In this document: positions 1-10,673 of the stretch, piece after piece
Layout of the letters: each line of letters opens with the position of its first letter
How positions within the stretch are numbered: the first letter of the stretch is position 1
Source of the DNA: Bacilli bacterium
GTDB lineage: Bacteria > Bacillota_I > Bacilli_A > RF39 > UBA660
NCBI GenBank assembly: GCA_017432665.1
Contig: JAFRIS010000038.1
Span: forward strand, 10,103-74,102
Direction of reading: 5' to 3'
Length of the DNA stretch: 64,000 nt
Translations under genes and position numbers: made by a program
Notes under the pieces: generated by a model
Told to the model about the DNA's origin: nothing
What the model saw: the letters and a program-made list of their open reading frames with translations, nothing else
The model's database searches: none

Positions 1-311
1 TCAGCATTATCAATTACTTTTACTTGATAAGGAACTTTTTCAGTTAAATTGTTTTTTACTGAAAGAGTATATGCTTTTGAAGATAATCCTACAGAATCTG
101 TAACTGGTGTAATTCTTCCTATAGTTATTCTATCACCACTAGCTTCATGATAAGTAACATCTAAAGAATCCGAATTAAAATCAATACTACGAGTCTTTTG
201 AAATTTATAATATATAAAATGAGTAGAAATTACTGCTAATAAAAGTATAAAAGTAATATAAACAGTATTCTTAATTATTTCTTTTCTTCTATTATATTTA
301 TATGTATACAT
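1..311 (-). CDS. hypothetical N-terminally membrane-anchored protein, N-terminal part only (runs off left edge)
   Basis: Not in the ORF track because no stop lies in the window. ATG at 311..309 translates to MYTYKYNRRKEIIKNTVYITFILLLAVISTHFIYYKF... (basic N-terminus plus one TM helix). A beta-rich stretch follows (...KAYTLSVKNNLTEKVPYQVKVIDNA) that resembles the 196-aa ORF at 48056..48646. Confidence 0.5.
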   Translation of the reverse strand, partial: MYTYKYNRRKEIIKNTVYITFILLLAVISTHFIYYKFQKTRSIDFNSDSLDVTYHEASGDRITIGRITPVTDSVGLSSKAYTLSVKNNLTEKVPYQVKVIDNA

Positions 312-395
312 AGAACACCTCTCAATGTAATATAATTATCTATCTTTTTTAATAAATATTAAATATCTTTATTTAAATTAATTCCTTTTTTACAA

Positions 396-1301
396 TTATT
401 GACATAGTTTATTTAAAACTTCATAAACAGATTCTAAACTGTTACAGGTCACAATAAAACCAGTATTATGGCAGAATCTCAATCCTTTAATATTAGCAAC
501 ATTTTCTAATGCTTCATTAGTTAAACCCATCCATTCTTTAGGAAAAAGCATTCTTCCTGATTTGTCATTAATACTCTTTGGAACAGTTTTAATTGCATAT
601 CCTCCACGATTAGATGGATAAGCAACAAACTTTATATTATTATATTTTTCATCACTTAAAATAGTATCTTCATACGGCAAGTATTCATCTAAAATTAAGT
701 ATGAATCTTCTTCGCCAATAGTTTCTAATTTTTCTCTTAATTTAATATCTGCTTCTACTTTACCATTAATATAGATAACTTCTTCCCAAAATATTTGTTT
801 GGCAACTTCTACTGCTTTAACAAATTGATCACTTTCATTTTCATTAGATCTAAAACCAGGATTAAATAGTTTTATTACATTACTTAAAGTTTTTACTTTG
901 TAATTAGCTTCTATCTTAGGAAAGAATCCATTGTCATCAGCATCAATTGCCTCAACTAAATCTTTATCTACTCCTTCAAATAATAATTCGATATTATTAT
1001 ATCCTTGTTTAATTAAAAAATCTCTTCCGAATTTTTTCCATAATAAACCCAATGAACAATAAGTTATGCCATTATCTCTTTTTAAAGCATCACTTTGATG
1101 ATGATCAAATTCTTTTCTACCAATATCATATACCAAAGTATTATCAGTAACTTTATCCCAATCTACATCTGATACTCGATATACTTTTAAATTACCTAAA
1201 TATAAATCTAAAAAAGCTGTTGAAAAGACTTCATCGGCATGCATATTACCATTATGAGTAATACAATTAGCTTCTTCATAACTATTAACTATTTTAATCA
1301 T
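396..1301 (-). CDS. MYG1/UPF0160 family metal-dependent hydrolase
   Basis: N-terminal THNGNMHADEV and EFDHHQ match the MYG1 family motifs (THxGxFHxDE, YDHHQ). The start overlaps the upstream stop by 1 nt (TAATG). Confidence 0.7.
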   Translation of the reverse strand: MIKIVNSYEEANCITHNGNMHADEVFSTAFLDLYLGNLKVYRVSDVDWDKVTDNTLVYDIGRKEFDHHQSDALKRDNGITYCSLGLLWKKFGRDFLIKQGYNNIELLFEGVDKDLVEAIDADDNGFFPKIEANYKVKTLSNVIKLFNPGFRSNENESDQFVKAVEVAKQIFWEEVIYINGKVEADIKLREKLETIGEEDSYLILDEYLPYEDTILSDEKYNNIKFVAYPSNRGGYAIKTVPKSINDKSGRMLFPKEWMGLTNEALENVANIKGLRFCHNTGFIVTCNSLESVYEVLNKLCQ

Positions 1302-1966
1302 TAGTCTCTACCTCTAGCGATTAAAACTAAACGGAATATTTGCAATACAGCGGTAGCAACAGCAGCTACATAAGTAAGAGCAGCAGCCGTTAACATCTTA
1401 CGACAATATCTATGTTCATCGCTACTTACAATACCCAACTCTGTTATCTGTTTTAAAGCTCGATCACTAGCATTAAATTCAACTGGTAAAGTTATAAGTT
1501 GAAAAGCTAAAATAACAAGTTCTAGTAAAATACCGATTCTAATAAAATTTAATATTCCAGCCATTAAACCAATCATAATTGCCACATAACCTAAAGTAGA
1601 AGCTATATTTACTACTGGTACTATACTACTTCTAAGTCTTAAAAAGAAATAGCCATCTTTATCTTGAATAGCATGCCCACATTCATGAGATGCAACACTA
1701 ACTGAAGCTAAAGAAGTATTATTGTAGATATCAGTTGAAAGTCTAACTACTTTGTTTTTAGGATCATAGTGATCTGTTAATGTGCCAGACTGTTCTTCAA
1801 CCTTTACTTTCTTTAGACCATTAGCATCTAATATTTTTCTAGCTACTTCTTTTCCAGTTAAATTCTTCGCAGCTTTTATTTTTTTTGTTTGATTATAACT
1901 ATTATTAATAAATGTTTGAGCGCCAAGTGTAATTAATAACGTAATCCCTAAAATCATTATTTCCAT
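1301..1966 (-). CDS. YugP-like membrane zinc metallopeptidase (Zn_peptidase_2 family)
   Basis: HECGHAIQ (HExxH) motif with N- and C-terminal TM segments. I prefer ATG 1966 (MEIMILG...) because GAGGTGAG lies 4 nt upstream; the track start at 1975 is a GTG extension. Confidence 0.75.
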   Translation of the reverse strand: MEIMILGITLLITLGAQTFINNSYNQTKKIKAAKNLTGKEVARKILDANGLKKVKVEEQSGTLTDHYDPKNKVVRLSTDIYNNTSLASVSVASHECGHAIQDKDGYFFLRLRSSIVPVVNIASTLGYVAIMIGLMAGILNFIRIGILLELVILAFQLITLPVEFNASDRALKQITELGIVSSDEHRYCRKMLTAAALTYVAAVATAVLQIFRLVLIARGRD

Positions 1967-2000
1967 AATTCTCACCTCTCATACAGATTATAACACATAT

Positions 2001-3587
2001 TTAATTAGTTTTATATTTCTTAATTATCTCTTCTGCTACTTTTAAACCATCAATCGCAGCAGTTGTAATACCTCCGGCATACCCAGCCCCTTCTCCACAA
2101 GGATAGATACCAGTAATATTACTTTCCAAATTACCATTTCTTTTAATAGTTATTGGCGAACTAGTTCGAGATTCTACTCCTAAAAGAATTGCATCTCCAC
2201 GATCAAATCCTTTTATTTTTTTACCAAAATTATCAATTGCTTCTTTAATAGAATCATTTATTTCTTTAGAAAACAATAAGTTTAAATCATTAAAACAATA
2301 AGCTCCTTTTGTATTAGGAATAATATCTCCTAGCTTAGTAGTTATTCTACTCTCTTTATAATCATCATATAATTGTACTGGTATTAATCCTTTACCAAGA
2401 TTAAATGCTTTTTCTTCTAAATTCCTTTGGAACTCTACTCCAGCAAATAAATCATTACCAAAATCTTTATTATTGACAGTTACTACTATCGCACTATTGG
2501 AGTTTCTCTCATCTCTTTTATAATTGCTCATACCATTAACTACTAACCTATTCTTTTCACTAGAAGCATTTACCACAAAGCCACCTGGACACATACAAAA
2601 TGAATATACTCCTCTACCAGTACTAGCTTGATATGTTAATTTATAACTAGCTGGAGGTAATAATTTATAATTATCTCCATATTGACTCTTATTAATCATA
2701 TCTTGAGGATGTTCTATTCTTAATCCTACCGCAAATGGTTTAGAAGTCATTACTAAATTATGTTTATTTAGCATATAAAAAGTATCTCTTGCAGAATGAC
2801 CTATAGCTAAAACTAAATTATTACATTCAATTTTATCCTTATTGTTTATTTCTATTTCTACTAGTTTATTATCTTCAATAACTAGATTAGTAAGCTTAGT
2901 ATTATATAAAAACTTACCTCCCATAGATATTGTTTTATTACGCATATTAACAATAACTTTTCTTAAGATATCTGTACCTATATGAGGTTTTTGTAGATAC
3001 ATTATCTCTTCAGGAGCACCATTTTCTATAAATACTTCGAATACTTTTTTACCACGAAACATTTTATCTTTAACTAAAGTATTAAGTTTTCCATCGGAAA
3101 AAGTACCTGCTCCACCTTCACCGAATTGAATATTAGATAACTCATTTAATTCATTTGTTTCAAAGAACTTATCAACCGTTTTAATGCGCTCTTCCATTCT
3201 TTCTCCCTGTTCAATAATAGTCACTTTGTAACCCATCTCAGTAAGTAAATAAGCACAAAACAGTCCGCTTGGTCCGCTACCCACAACAACTATATCATTA
3301 GTTAATTTTTCACTTCCGGGTACCGGATATATATATTCTTCATTGGGAGATATAAATATATCTTTACTTTTGTTTTTACTAATAATTCTAGATTCTAAAT
3401 TTGTTTCAACATCAAATTCATAAACATATAAAATATTATTTTTATCACGAGCATCAATAGACTTTTTAACAATATTAAAACTAGTAATATCAGTATTATT
3501 AATCTTTAAAATATTACTAATCTTTTTAATAATAAACTCATTATTATCATTTTTAATAGGTATTTTTACTTGTCTTATTCTAATCAT
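2001..3587 (-). CDS. FAD-dependent oxidoreductase (COG2509-type uncharacterised flavoprotein)
   Basis: Dinucleotide-binding motif VVVGSGPSGLFCAY and a C-terminal GEGAGYAGGI. The likely start MIRIRQ at 3587 overlaps the upstream stop by 8 nt (ATGATTAG). Confidence 0.7.
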   Translation of the reverse strand: MIRIRQVKIPIKNDNNEFIIKKISNILKINNTDITSFNIVKKSIDARDKNNILYVYEFDVETNLESRIISKNKSKDIFISPNEEYIYPVPGSEKLTNDIVVVGSGPSGLFCAYLLTEMGYKVTIIEQGERMEERIKTVDKFFETNELNELSNIQFGEGGAGTFSDGKLNTLVKDKMFRGKKVFEVFIENGAPEEIMYLQKPHIGTDILRKVIVNMRNKTISMGGKFLYNTKLTNLVIEDNKLVEIEINNKDKIECNNLVLAIGHSARDTFYMLNKHNLVMTSKPFAVGLRIEHPQDMINKSQYGDNYKLLPPASYKLTYQASTGRGVYSFCMCPGGFVVNASSEKNRLVVNGMSNYKRDERNSNSAIVVTVNNKDFGNDLFAGVEFQRNLEEKAFNLGKGLIPVQLYDDYKESRITTKLGDIIPNTKGAYCFNDLNLLFSKEINDSIKEAIDNFGKKIKGFDRGDAILLGVESRTSSPITIKRNGNLESNITGIYPCGEGAGYAGGITTAAIDGLKVAEEIIKKYKTN

Positions 3588-4800
3588 TAGAATCACCTAT
3601 ATCTTTACCCGCGAGTAGTCCGCTAATCCAACAAGTAGTTAAGTTATAACCACCGCAATTACCATTCATGTCTAATAATTCTCCAGTAATATATAAATCT
3701 TTTACTATATTAGATTCCATAGTTTGATAATTAATTTCAGTTAAGGGAACTCCTCCATTACATATTTGACTATTTTCATATGATTTGGTCCCAGTAATTT
3801 CTATTTTTAAACTTCTTAAGTTTTTACATAATTCTAATTTCTCTTCATTAGTTAAATCTTTATAATAACTATTACCTTTTAAATTACTTACCTTTAATAT
3901 CATATTGACTAATTTATAATTCAAAAATCCTTCTAATAATTCAGTTAAATTCTTCTTACTATTCTTTTTGCTATATTGATCCATCCAAGGAGTAATTAAT
4001 GTTTCAATGAAAGGAACTAAGTTAATTTTAATTACTTCAATTCTTCCTTCATCTAATCCTCTAGTAACGTAATTACTTAAATTAAATGTACATATACCAC
4101 TAATACCGTAATTAGTAAATTGTAGTTCACCCGACTCTGAATCGACATATTTATTATCTTCAAATAATTCCATATAAACATCAGTTCTGACACCATCTAT
4201 ATCTTTTAAATATTTAAAATTTGAAGTTAATTGAACTAAAGCAGGTAGCGGTTTAACAATACTATGTCCTAATTTTTCTAATAAACTATATCCAAGTCCA
4301 TCACTACCAGTCTTAGGATAAGCTTTACTTCCCATAGAAATAGCTAACTTATCACAAGTATATTCTTTATCAATACATTTAATAATAAATTTATCTTTCT
4401 TTTCTATATCAATTACTTCACTATTACAAATAATATTTATTCCTTTTAATTCAGCCTCTTTTAATAATGCATTTTTAATAGTGGTTGCTTGATTAGAAAA
4501 AGGATAATAATAACCATTCTTAATCTTAGGAATAATACCTAATTCATCAAAGAAATCTTTTACACTATTTAAATTTTTATCACTAATTATTTTATCTACA
4601 ATATCAATATTCATACTATGATAATTCTTAGTACTAAATATTTCATTAAAATAATTACATTTTCCATTGCCCGTTAATAAAAGCTTTTTTAAAGGAGTAT
4701 TATTCTTTTCTAAGACAATTACATTATTGTTTTTATTCTTAGCTTTAATCGCAGTAACTATACCACTAGGTCCTCCACCTATTATAATAATATCACTCAT
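3580..4800 (-). CDS. HI0933/BaiN-like NAD(P)/FAD-dependent flavoprotein
   Basis: IIIIGGGPSGIV Rossmann motif plus LTGNGKCNYFN, the HI0933-family signature (SGGGRCNxTN). Confidence 0.75.
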   Translation of the reverse strand: MSDIIIIGGGPSGIVTAIKAKNKNNNVIVLEKNNTPLKKLLLTGNGKCNYFNEIFSTKNYHSMNIDIVDKIISDKNLNSVKDFFDELGIIPKIKNGYYYPFSNQATTIKNALLKEAELKGINIICNSEVIDIEKKDKFIIKCIDKEYTCDKLAISMGSKAYPKTGSDGLGYSLLEKLGHSIVKPLPALVQLTSNFKYLKDIDGVRTDVYMELFEDNKYVDSESGELQFTNYGISGICTFNLSNYVTRGLDEGRIEVIKINLVPFIETLITPWMDQYSKKNSKKNLTELLEGFLNYKLVNMILKVSNLKGNSYYKDLTNEEKLELCKNLRSLKIEITGTKSYENSQICNGGVPLTEINYQTMESNIVKDLYITGELLDMNGNCGGYNLTTCWISGLLAGKDIGDSND

Positions 4801-4907
4801 AGGACAACCTCCTCAGTCAAACATATTATATCAAATATAGACTATTATTACTACTAAATAATATTGTTTAAAACTAATTTTTAATATATACTAATAGTGG
4901 TGATAAT

Positions 4908-6578
4908 ATGAGTAAAAAGAGTAAAAAGAAATATAAATTAAAACATAAAAAAGTTATTTTAATTACTTGTTTATGTCTAATAATATTAATCGCAGGAATG
5001 GCTTATTTTGTTAATAAGACATATGAGGATAATATTCTTAAGACATTAAAAGCCAATTATAATCAATATATTATTACTAATAAGAAATCTAATTTATATA
5101 ATAAAAATTATAAAAAAATAGGAACCATCTCAAGTGGCTACTACTTGGAATTAACTAAAATCAGTAACTTAACTTCTAAGAATAAATATCTACAGATTAA
5201 AGATACTCCTTATTATCTTTCTTATAAAGATATTAAAAAAAGTAAAAAGCAAGAAGTTAAAGAAACTACTAACATCTCATATTATTTAAGTATTAATAAG
5301 AAATTAAAAACTAAAAGAAATATTACTTTAGAAAAAGGTAAAAAGAAAATTACTTTAAATAACGGTCTTACTACTAATCTAGATTCTATTGATGATCAAT
5401 ACTATTATATATCTTTCTTAGGAGATAATTTCAAAGTAAAGAAAAATAATTCTATGAAAGTAATTGGTAATAGTAAAGATGATAAAAGTCATGTAAGTGT
5501 TATTTTATATAATAAGATTAATACTAATTGTAGTGATGATACTTGTTTTCATCCTAATAGTGTTAAAGCTCATATTACTAGATTAAAGAAAGATGGGTAT
5601 TACTTTATTACATTTGATGATTATACTAGGTATCTAAAAGAATATATTAATTTAAAAGATAAAGCTGTTTTATTAGTTACTAATGATAGTAATGATTACC
5701 TAAAAAAGATAGAAGAGGACACTAAAGTTAAAGTTACTAGTATAAAAGATAATAAAGGTTTAAAGTTTACTAATAACAATAAAGTATCAACTCGCAAAGA
5801 TAAACTTAATAGCATTAGTAATTATTATCCTAAAAAATATATGATTATTGATGAATATCTAAAGATGGGACAAGGATTAGATATTACTGATGATGGAGGC
5901 AAAAATACTGCGACTGAGATTGCGGTTGTTAATTATCATTTCTTCTATAGTGCAGAAAAGAAAGAAAGTTGTAATGAATCTATTTGTTTAGATACCAAAA
6001 AATTTGAAGAAGAATTAAAATGGTTACAAGAAAATCATTATAAGACTCTAACTATTAATGAATTTGCCGATTGGAAGGAAGGGTATATTGAATTACCTGT
6101 AAAATCTGTTTTACTTACTATAGATGATGGAGCTATGGGTACAGGTAAACATAATGGTAATAAGTTAATTCCTTTATTAGAGAAATATAAAGAACATGCT
6201 ACTCTATTCTTAATTACTGGTTGGTGGAGTTTAAGTAATTATCAATCTCCATATTTAGATGTTCAATCACATACACATAACTTACATTTTGAAGCTAGAT
6301 GTGCTGATGGACGTGGAATGGTTGCTTGTTCTGATTATAAGACTGTTAAAAAAGATTTAGAACAGTCCCTAAAAGTACTTGGTGATAAAACATCTTTCTG
6401 CTTTCCATTCTACTCATCTGATAGTGAAAGTCTTCAAGCATTAAAAGAACTAGGATTTAGAGTTGCTTTTGTAGGAGGTAATACTAAAGCTACTAGGAGT
6501 CAAAACAATTTATTAATTACTAGATACCCTATCCTAAGTGATATTACTCTGCAAAATTTTATAAGTATGGTTGAATAA
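4908..6578 (+). CDS. membrane-anchored polysaccharide deacetylase family protein
   Basis: N-terminal TM anchor. The C-terminal NodB-like region carries LLTIDDGAMG and QSHTHNLH motifs. Confidence 0.6.
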   Translation: MSKKSKKKYKLKHKKVILITCLCLIILIAGMAYFVNKTYEDNILKTLKANYNQYIITNKKSNLYNKNYKKIGTISSGYYLELTKISNLTSKNKYLQIKDTPYYLSYKDIKKSKKQEVKETTNISYYLSINKKLKTKRNITLEKGKKKITLNNGLTTNLDSIDDQYYYISFLGDNFKVKKNNSMKVIGNSKDDKSHVSVILYNKINTNCSDDTCFHPNSVKAHITRLKKDGYYFITFDDYTRYLKEYINLKDKAVLLVTNDSNDYLKKIEEDTKVKVTSIKDNKGLKFTNNNKVSTRKDKLNSISNYYPKKYMIIDEYLKMGQGLDITDDGGKNTATEIAVVNYHFFYSAEKKESCNESICLDTKKFEEELKWLQENHYKTLTINEFADWKEGYIELPVKSVLLTIDDGAMGTGKHNGNKLIPLLEKYKEHATLFLITGWWSLSNYQSPYLDVQSHTHNLHFEARCADGRGMVACSDYKTVKKDLEQSLKVLGDKTSFCFPFYSSDSESLQALKELGFRVAFVGGNTKATRSQNNLLITRYPILSDITLQNFISMVE

Positions 6579-6582
6579 AAAA

Positions 6583-6600
6583 AGAAGGTTTAAACCTTCT
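6583..6600. terminator. bidirectional intrinsic terminator between convergent genes
   Basis: Hairpin AGAAGGTTTAAACCTTCT flanked by an A-run on the left and a T-run on the right. Confidence 0.6.
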
Positions 6601-6605
6601 TTTTT

Positions 6606-7595
6606 CTATACCCATACTCCAAAGATTATTCCAGCCATTGAAAGGATTAATCCAACTACCCAGAATAGTTTAACAATATCACTTTCTGACCATCCTAGTT
6701 TTTCAAAGTGATGATGTAATGGTGTCATTAAGAATAGTTTTCTATGAAATACTTGAACCCAAAATATTTGAAGAATAACACTTAATGTTTCTATAACGAA
6801 TACTAAAGCAACAACTAATAAAGTCAACTCACGATGAGTCAAAATAGCAATTGCTCCCATTACAGCTCCTAAAGCAAGAGATCCAGTATCGCCCATAAAT
6901 ACTTTGGCTGGATGAGTATTATAAATTAAGAATCCTAATAAACTTCCTGTTAAGATCAAACTAAATATTCCAATATCTTCAAAACCAACTGATAATGAGA
7001 TAAGCGAAAAAGCAATAAAGGCTATTGCTGATAAACCCCCAGCTAAACCATCAAGTCCATCAGTTAAGTTAACCGCATTACTGGCACCTACTAGGATGAA
7101 AAGAATTGCCAATCCATATAACCAACCAAATTCTAAATCTATATGTAAAGTTCCAACTACCCAAGCAGTTTGCCCTCCGCTACGCATATAAATATAGAAG
7201 AACCCAATCGCAATTAAAACTTGCATAAACATTTTTTGATAAGATGTCAATCCCTCATTATTACCTTTTCTAATTGATAAAAAATCATCCATAAAACCAA
7301 TACAAGCATAACCAATAAAAACTAGTAAAACAATTCCTAAATTAGAAGTATAAGAAATTTTATCAGTGATAATTAAACCTAATGTAGCGACTATAGTTGG
7401 AATAATAAATATTAAACCACCCATAGTAGGAGTACCTTCTTTTTTACGATGAGCACTACCTACAAAGACTGATATTTTCTGTCCTACATGAAGTTTTTTT
7501 AAGATTGGTAACATAAATAAGCCTAAAACTACTGATGATAAAAAACCAATCATTATTGCAAAAATAGCTTTCGTTAGAAGTAGCATATTTTTCAC
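6606..7595 (-). CDS. mraY: phospho-N-acetylmuramoyl-pentapeptide transferase
   Basis: NLTDGLDGLA and MGDTGSLALGA motifs, about 10 TM helices, 329 aa. Confidence 0.95.
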   Translation of the reverse strand: MKNMLLLTKAIFAIMIGFLSSVVLGLFMLPILKKLHVGQKISVFVGSAHRKKEGTPTMGGLIFIIPTIVATLGLIITDKISYTSNLGIVLLVFIGYACIGFMDDFLSIRKGNNEGLTSYQKMFMQVLIAIGFFYIYMRSGGQTAWVVGTLHIDLEFGWLYGLAILFILVGASNAVNLTDGLDGLAGGLSAIAFIAFSLISLSVGFEDIGIFSLILTGSLLGFLIYNTHPAKVFMGDTGSLALGAVMGAIAILTHRELTLLVVALVFVIETLSVILQIFWVQVFHRKLFLMTPLHHHFEKLGWSESDIVKLFWVVGLILSMAGIIFGVWV

Positions 7596-7681
7596 TCCAT
7601 TTCAACAAATATTATATCATAATTACAGAGATATTATATTAAATTAACTTTTATTTACAAATTAGTTGACAGATTATTAAT

Positions 7682-7706
7682 AAAAAAGAATATACGATGT
7701 ATATTC
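7682..7706 (-). terminator. intrinsic terminator after the 531-aa ORF
   Basis: On the minus strand, GAATATAC-atc-GTATATTC is followed by T6. Confidence 0.55.
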
Positions 7707-7708
7707 TT

Positions 7709-9304
7709 CTATCTTTTGATTGTTCCCTTAATATCTTCTTCACTATTGGCATTATTATCCATCATATCAAGTAACATATCACCAATTTGATTTAACTTAT
7801 CTCTACTATATTTTAACATTGATCTAACTATTTTATTACTAGTAAAAGAAGATTTATTTTTTTCATCTAGTAATTTATCTAATTTATCAATAGCAAGATT
7901 ATTAATATAATTATGAATTTTTTCAAGATTAATTCTTGTTTTTAAATCTTGCCAAAAATCAAATTTAGCCATCGCTTTAATTGGATCCCCAACCAAATGT
8001 TGAAGACTTGGTGGGAGTTTTCCAACTAACTTTCCAGCTGAATTACTCAAATGAACAGTATATTCACGAGCTTTATCTCTCAAATAATTTCTACTGAATG
8101 TATTACTACTTGAAACACCATTAGAAGTACTTGAAAATTTTTCTCTTTTTTGATCAACAGTTTGTTTAAATTGCTTTATAAATTCAGCAAATTCCTCAAA
8201 ATTTATAGTTTTTTCTGGTTCTATTTGTGGTTTTTGCCTTTTATGTTCATCGGCAGTTTTCAACCTAATTCCGGCATCAAATTTACCTTTCTTTTCTGTA
8301 TCAATCACTTCTATTTCAAATGGTAATTCACCATCTTTAGCCATCTTAAACAATTCATCTTTTTCAATTAGCTTAAGCATTCTTAATGGCTCTTCAACTC
8401 CATCTAGAATATGAAACGAATTTGAATAGCGCTTAAATACTTTCTCATAAATGTCTTTTCTAATAAAATAAAAAGCATCCGCATCATAGTAAATATAAAC
8501 TTTGTCAATATTTTCTTGTGCTTCTTTCTTAGCTCCTTCTAAATCAACTGGTGCTGGTTGAGCATCTTTTTTGTCTTGCTTTTTTGCTACTCCAGTTTTA
8601 ACAGATATTGGTTGCTTGTTCGCATTTTCTACTGCAGCTGATATTTCAGCTGGAGTTTGACTTTCTTTTCTTTGCTTCTTTCCTTCTTCTTTCTTTATTT
8701 GAGAATCAATATACAAAATCTGAATAATCTCAGAAATAGCCATAGTACCTTTACTTTTATCTTTATTACCTTTATCTATTTCTTTGGTTTTAACTTCAGA
8801 TATTTCTTTAATTACTTCACGATAAGCCTTAAATAATTCTCTTGATTCTTCCGTTGTTCTTGCTTTTTCTTTTTTTAAGAAAATGTCGTAGACACCTTTA
8901 CTCTTAAGAATAGCATTTCTAGTTTCTCTGCCCTCTTCAGTTAGACTCAATTCAATCAATTGTAATTCTACTTCTTTGTTAACTAAAAGTTCTTTATAGT
9001 ACCTATCCCAATAAAGCAATTCTTCTTTTGCAGTACGTAAATATTTATTACCTTCTTGTAGATTCTCAATCTGATCATCTTTATCAGACACATCAGTTCT
9101 ATCATCTTTATCTAGAATTCTTTTCTTTTGAAGTCCTAACTTAATACTTTCAGCATTATTATTGGAAACTGCAAGTGATATTTTTTTAATAGCTTTTCTA
9201 TTCTCTTCTATTTGATTTTTTATTTTTTCAATTTCTTTTTCTACTTCTTCTTTTCTTTGCGAATAACGTAGGTCTAACTCTTCATTGCCTTTTTCTTCCA
9301 TCAA
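7709..9304 (-). CDS. hypothetical highly charged (K/E-rich) coiled-coil protein
   Basis: A long ORF with no recognisable catalytic motif and heptad-like K/E-rich segments. It is tightly linked to the DUF1292 gene upstream. Confidence 0.5.
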   Translation of the reverse strand: MMEEKGNEELDLRYSQRKEEVEKEIEKIKNQIEENRKAIKKISLAVSNNNAESIKLGLQKKRILDKDDRTDVSDKDDQIENLQEGNKYLRTAKEELLYWDRYYKELLVNKEVELQLIELSLTEEGRETRNAILKSKGVYDIFLKKEKARTTEESRELFKAYREVIKEISEVKTKEIDKGNKDKSKGTMAISEIIQILYIDSQIKKEEGKKQRKESQTPAEISAAVENANKQPISVKTGVAKKQDKKDAQPAPVDLEGAKKEAQENIDKVYIYYDADAFYFIRKDIYEKVFKRYSNSFHILDGVEEPLRMLKLIEKDELFKMAKDGELPFEIEVIDTEKKGKFDAGIRLKTADEHKRQKPQIEPEKTINFEEFAEFIKQFKQTVDQKREKFSSTSNGVSSSNTFSRNYLRDKAREYTVHLSNSAGKLVGKLPPSLQHLVGDPIKAMAKFDFWQDLKTRINLEKIHNYINNLAIDKLDKLLDEKNKSSFTSNKIVRSMLKYSRDKLNQIGDMLLDMMDNNANSEEDIKGTIKR

Positions 9305-9313
9305 CTATCACCC

Positions 9314-9613
9314 CTAACTATTTGCTTCCTGGTCAAGTCTTTCTAAGACTTCCCTAATCATATCTATTTCACGAGGATCAGTGATATCTTCTAATTTTAA
9401 ATCTCCAGCAAAAGGATCAACTGCTGATACATAGATATTTGTTCTACCATTAGTATCAAGACTATTATCAGTATAACCAAGATATGTTTTTAAAGTATCA
9501 TCACTCTCAAAACTAAATAATAAGTCGCAGTCTATTGTTTGACCATCTTTTTCTACTTGAATTTTTTCATCTTGGTGAATTTTTACTTTATTATCTTCCA
9601 TGAATGACACCAC
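9314..9613 (-). CDS. DUF1292 family protein
   Basis: Small and acidic, with the pattern DGQTIDCDLLFSFESDD...YLGYTD...IYVSAV...ED typical of DUF1292. Confidence 0.65.
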   Translation of the reverse strand: MVSFMEDNKVKIHQDEKIQVEKDGQTIDCDLLFSFESDDTLKTYLGYTDNSLDTNGRTNIYVSAVDPFAGDLKLEDITDPREIDMIREVLERLDQEANS

Positions 9614-9708
9614 TCCTCTTTATCATTACACACTATATAAGTATTTTAGCATTTATAAGAGTCAAAATCAATGCTTTTCTAAGTTTTAAATCATAAAAAA
9701 GCGCCTTT

Positions 9709-10587
9709 CTATTTTTGAAAAGCACTTATCATTTCAATAAACTTTTTTGTTGCAGTAGTTAGAAAATCTTCTACATAAACACAGCAGACATCAACTGCTG
9801 GTAACTCATGATTAAAAGTAATTATTTCATAGGTTTCCTTGTCTTTTACTAGATCTTCTACTAAATAACCTACTCCTAAGCCATCTTTAATCATTTCTAA
9901 AAGCATTTCACTAGTTCCTGCTTCTACCAATGGATTTAGTTTAATACCTTTTGATTCCATATATTCATCTATTTTAGACCTAACAGAAGTATCATAACCA
10001 GGTAAAATTAAATCATATTTATTAAGATCCTCTAAGTTATTAATACTTATTTTATTATTAAGATTTTTACTATAAGCAAAACAATTAAACAATCTTGTTA
10101 AAACGACTTTTTTAACGTTTTTCTTACTAGTAATAGGTAATGTATCAATTATTATATCTATACTTCTATTTTCAAGCATTTCCATCATTTCTGGGGTTGT
10201 TTTACTAATAACTTCAAATTTGATGCCAGGGTATTTCTTTTTAAATTTAGCAATATAATTACTTAATAATGACATTCCTATTTGAGAAGTCATACCTATT
10301 CTAATACATCCTATACTTAAATTATTTAGTTTTTTTAAATGATCTTCAGCTTCATTTAAAATATTAAAAGCTGTTGAAATATAACCATATAATTCTTTAG
10401 CCTCTTCTGTCGGTTCTATTCCTTTAGAATTTCTATAAAATAATGTATACCCTAATTGATTTTCTAATTCTTTTAAACTATAACTAATAGCCGGCTGTGA
10501 TACATACAACTTATTAGCAGTTTTTGAGATACTTTTTTCTTCGTATAAATACAAGAATATTTTATATAAATTATAATCAGTATTCAT
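9709..10587 (-). CDS. LysR family transcriptional regulator
   Basis: HTH segment ISKTANKLYVSQPAISYSLKELE plus a substrate-binding domain. I prefer ATG 10587 (MNTDYNLY) because GAGGTGGA lies 4 nt upstream. Confidence 0.85.
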   Translation of the reverse strand: MNTDYNLYKIFLYLYEEKSISKTANKLYVSQPAISYSLKELENQLGYTLFYRNSKGIEPTEEAKELYGYISTAFNILNEAEDHLKKLNNLSIGCIRIGMTSQIGMSLLSNYIAKFKKKYPGIKFEVISKTTPEMMEMLENRSIDIIIDTLPITSKKNVKKVVLTRLFNCFAYSKNLNNKISINNLEDLNKYDLILPGYDTSVRSKIDEYMESKGIKLNPLVEAGTSEMLLEMIKDGLGVGYLVEDLVKDKETYEIITFNHELPAVDVCCVYVEDFLTTATKKFIEMISAFQK

Positions 10588-10673
10588 AGTATCCACCTCG
10601 TGCCATGTATTATAGTTCATTTTTATAAAAAAGTCAATTGTCATAAATTGATTTTATAAAGAAAAAGTGTAGG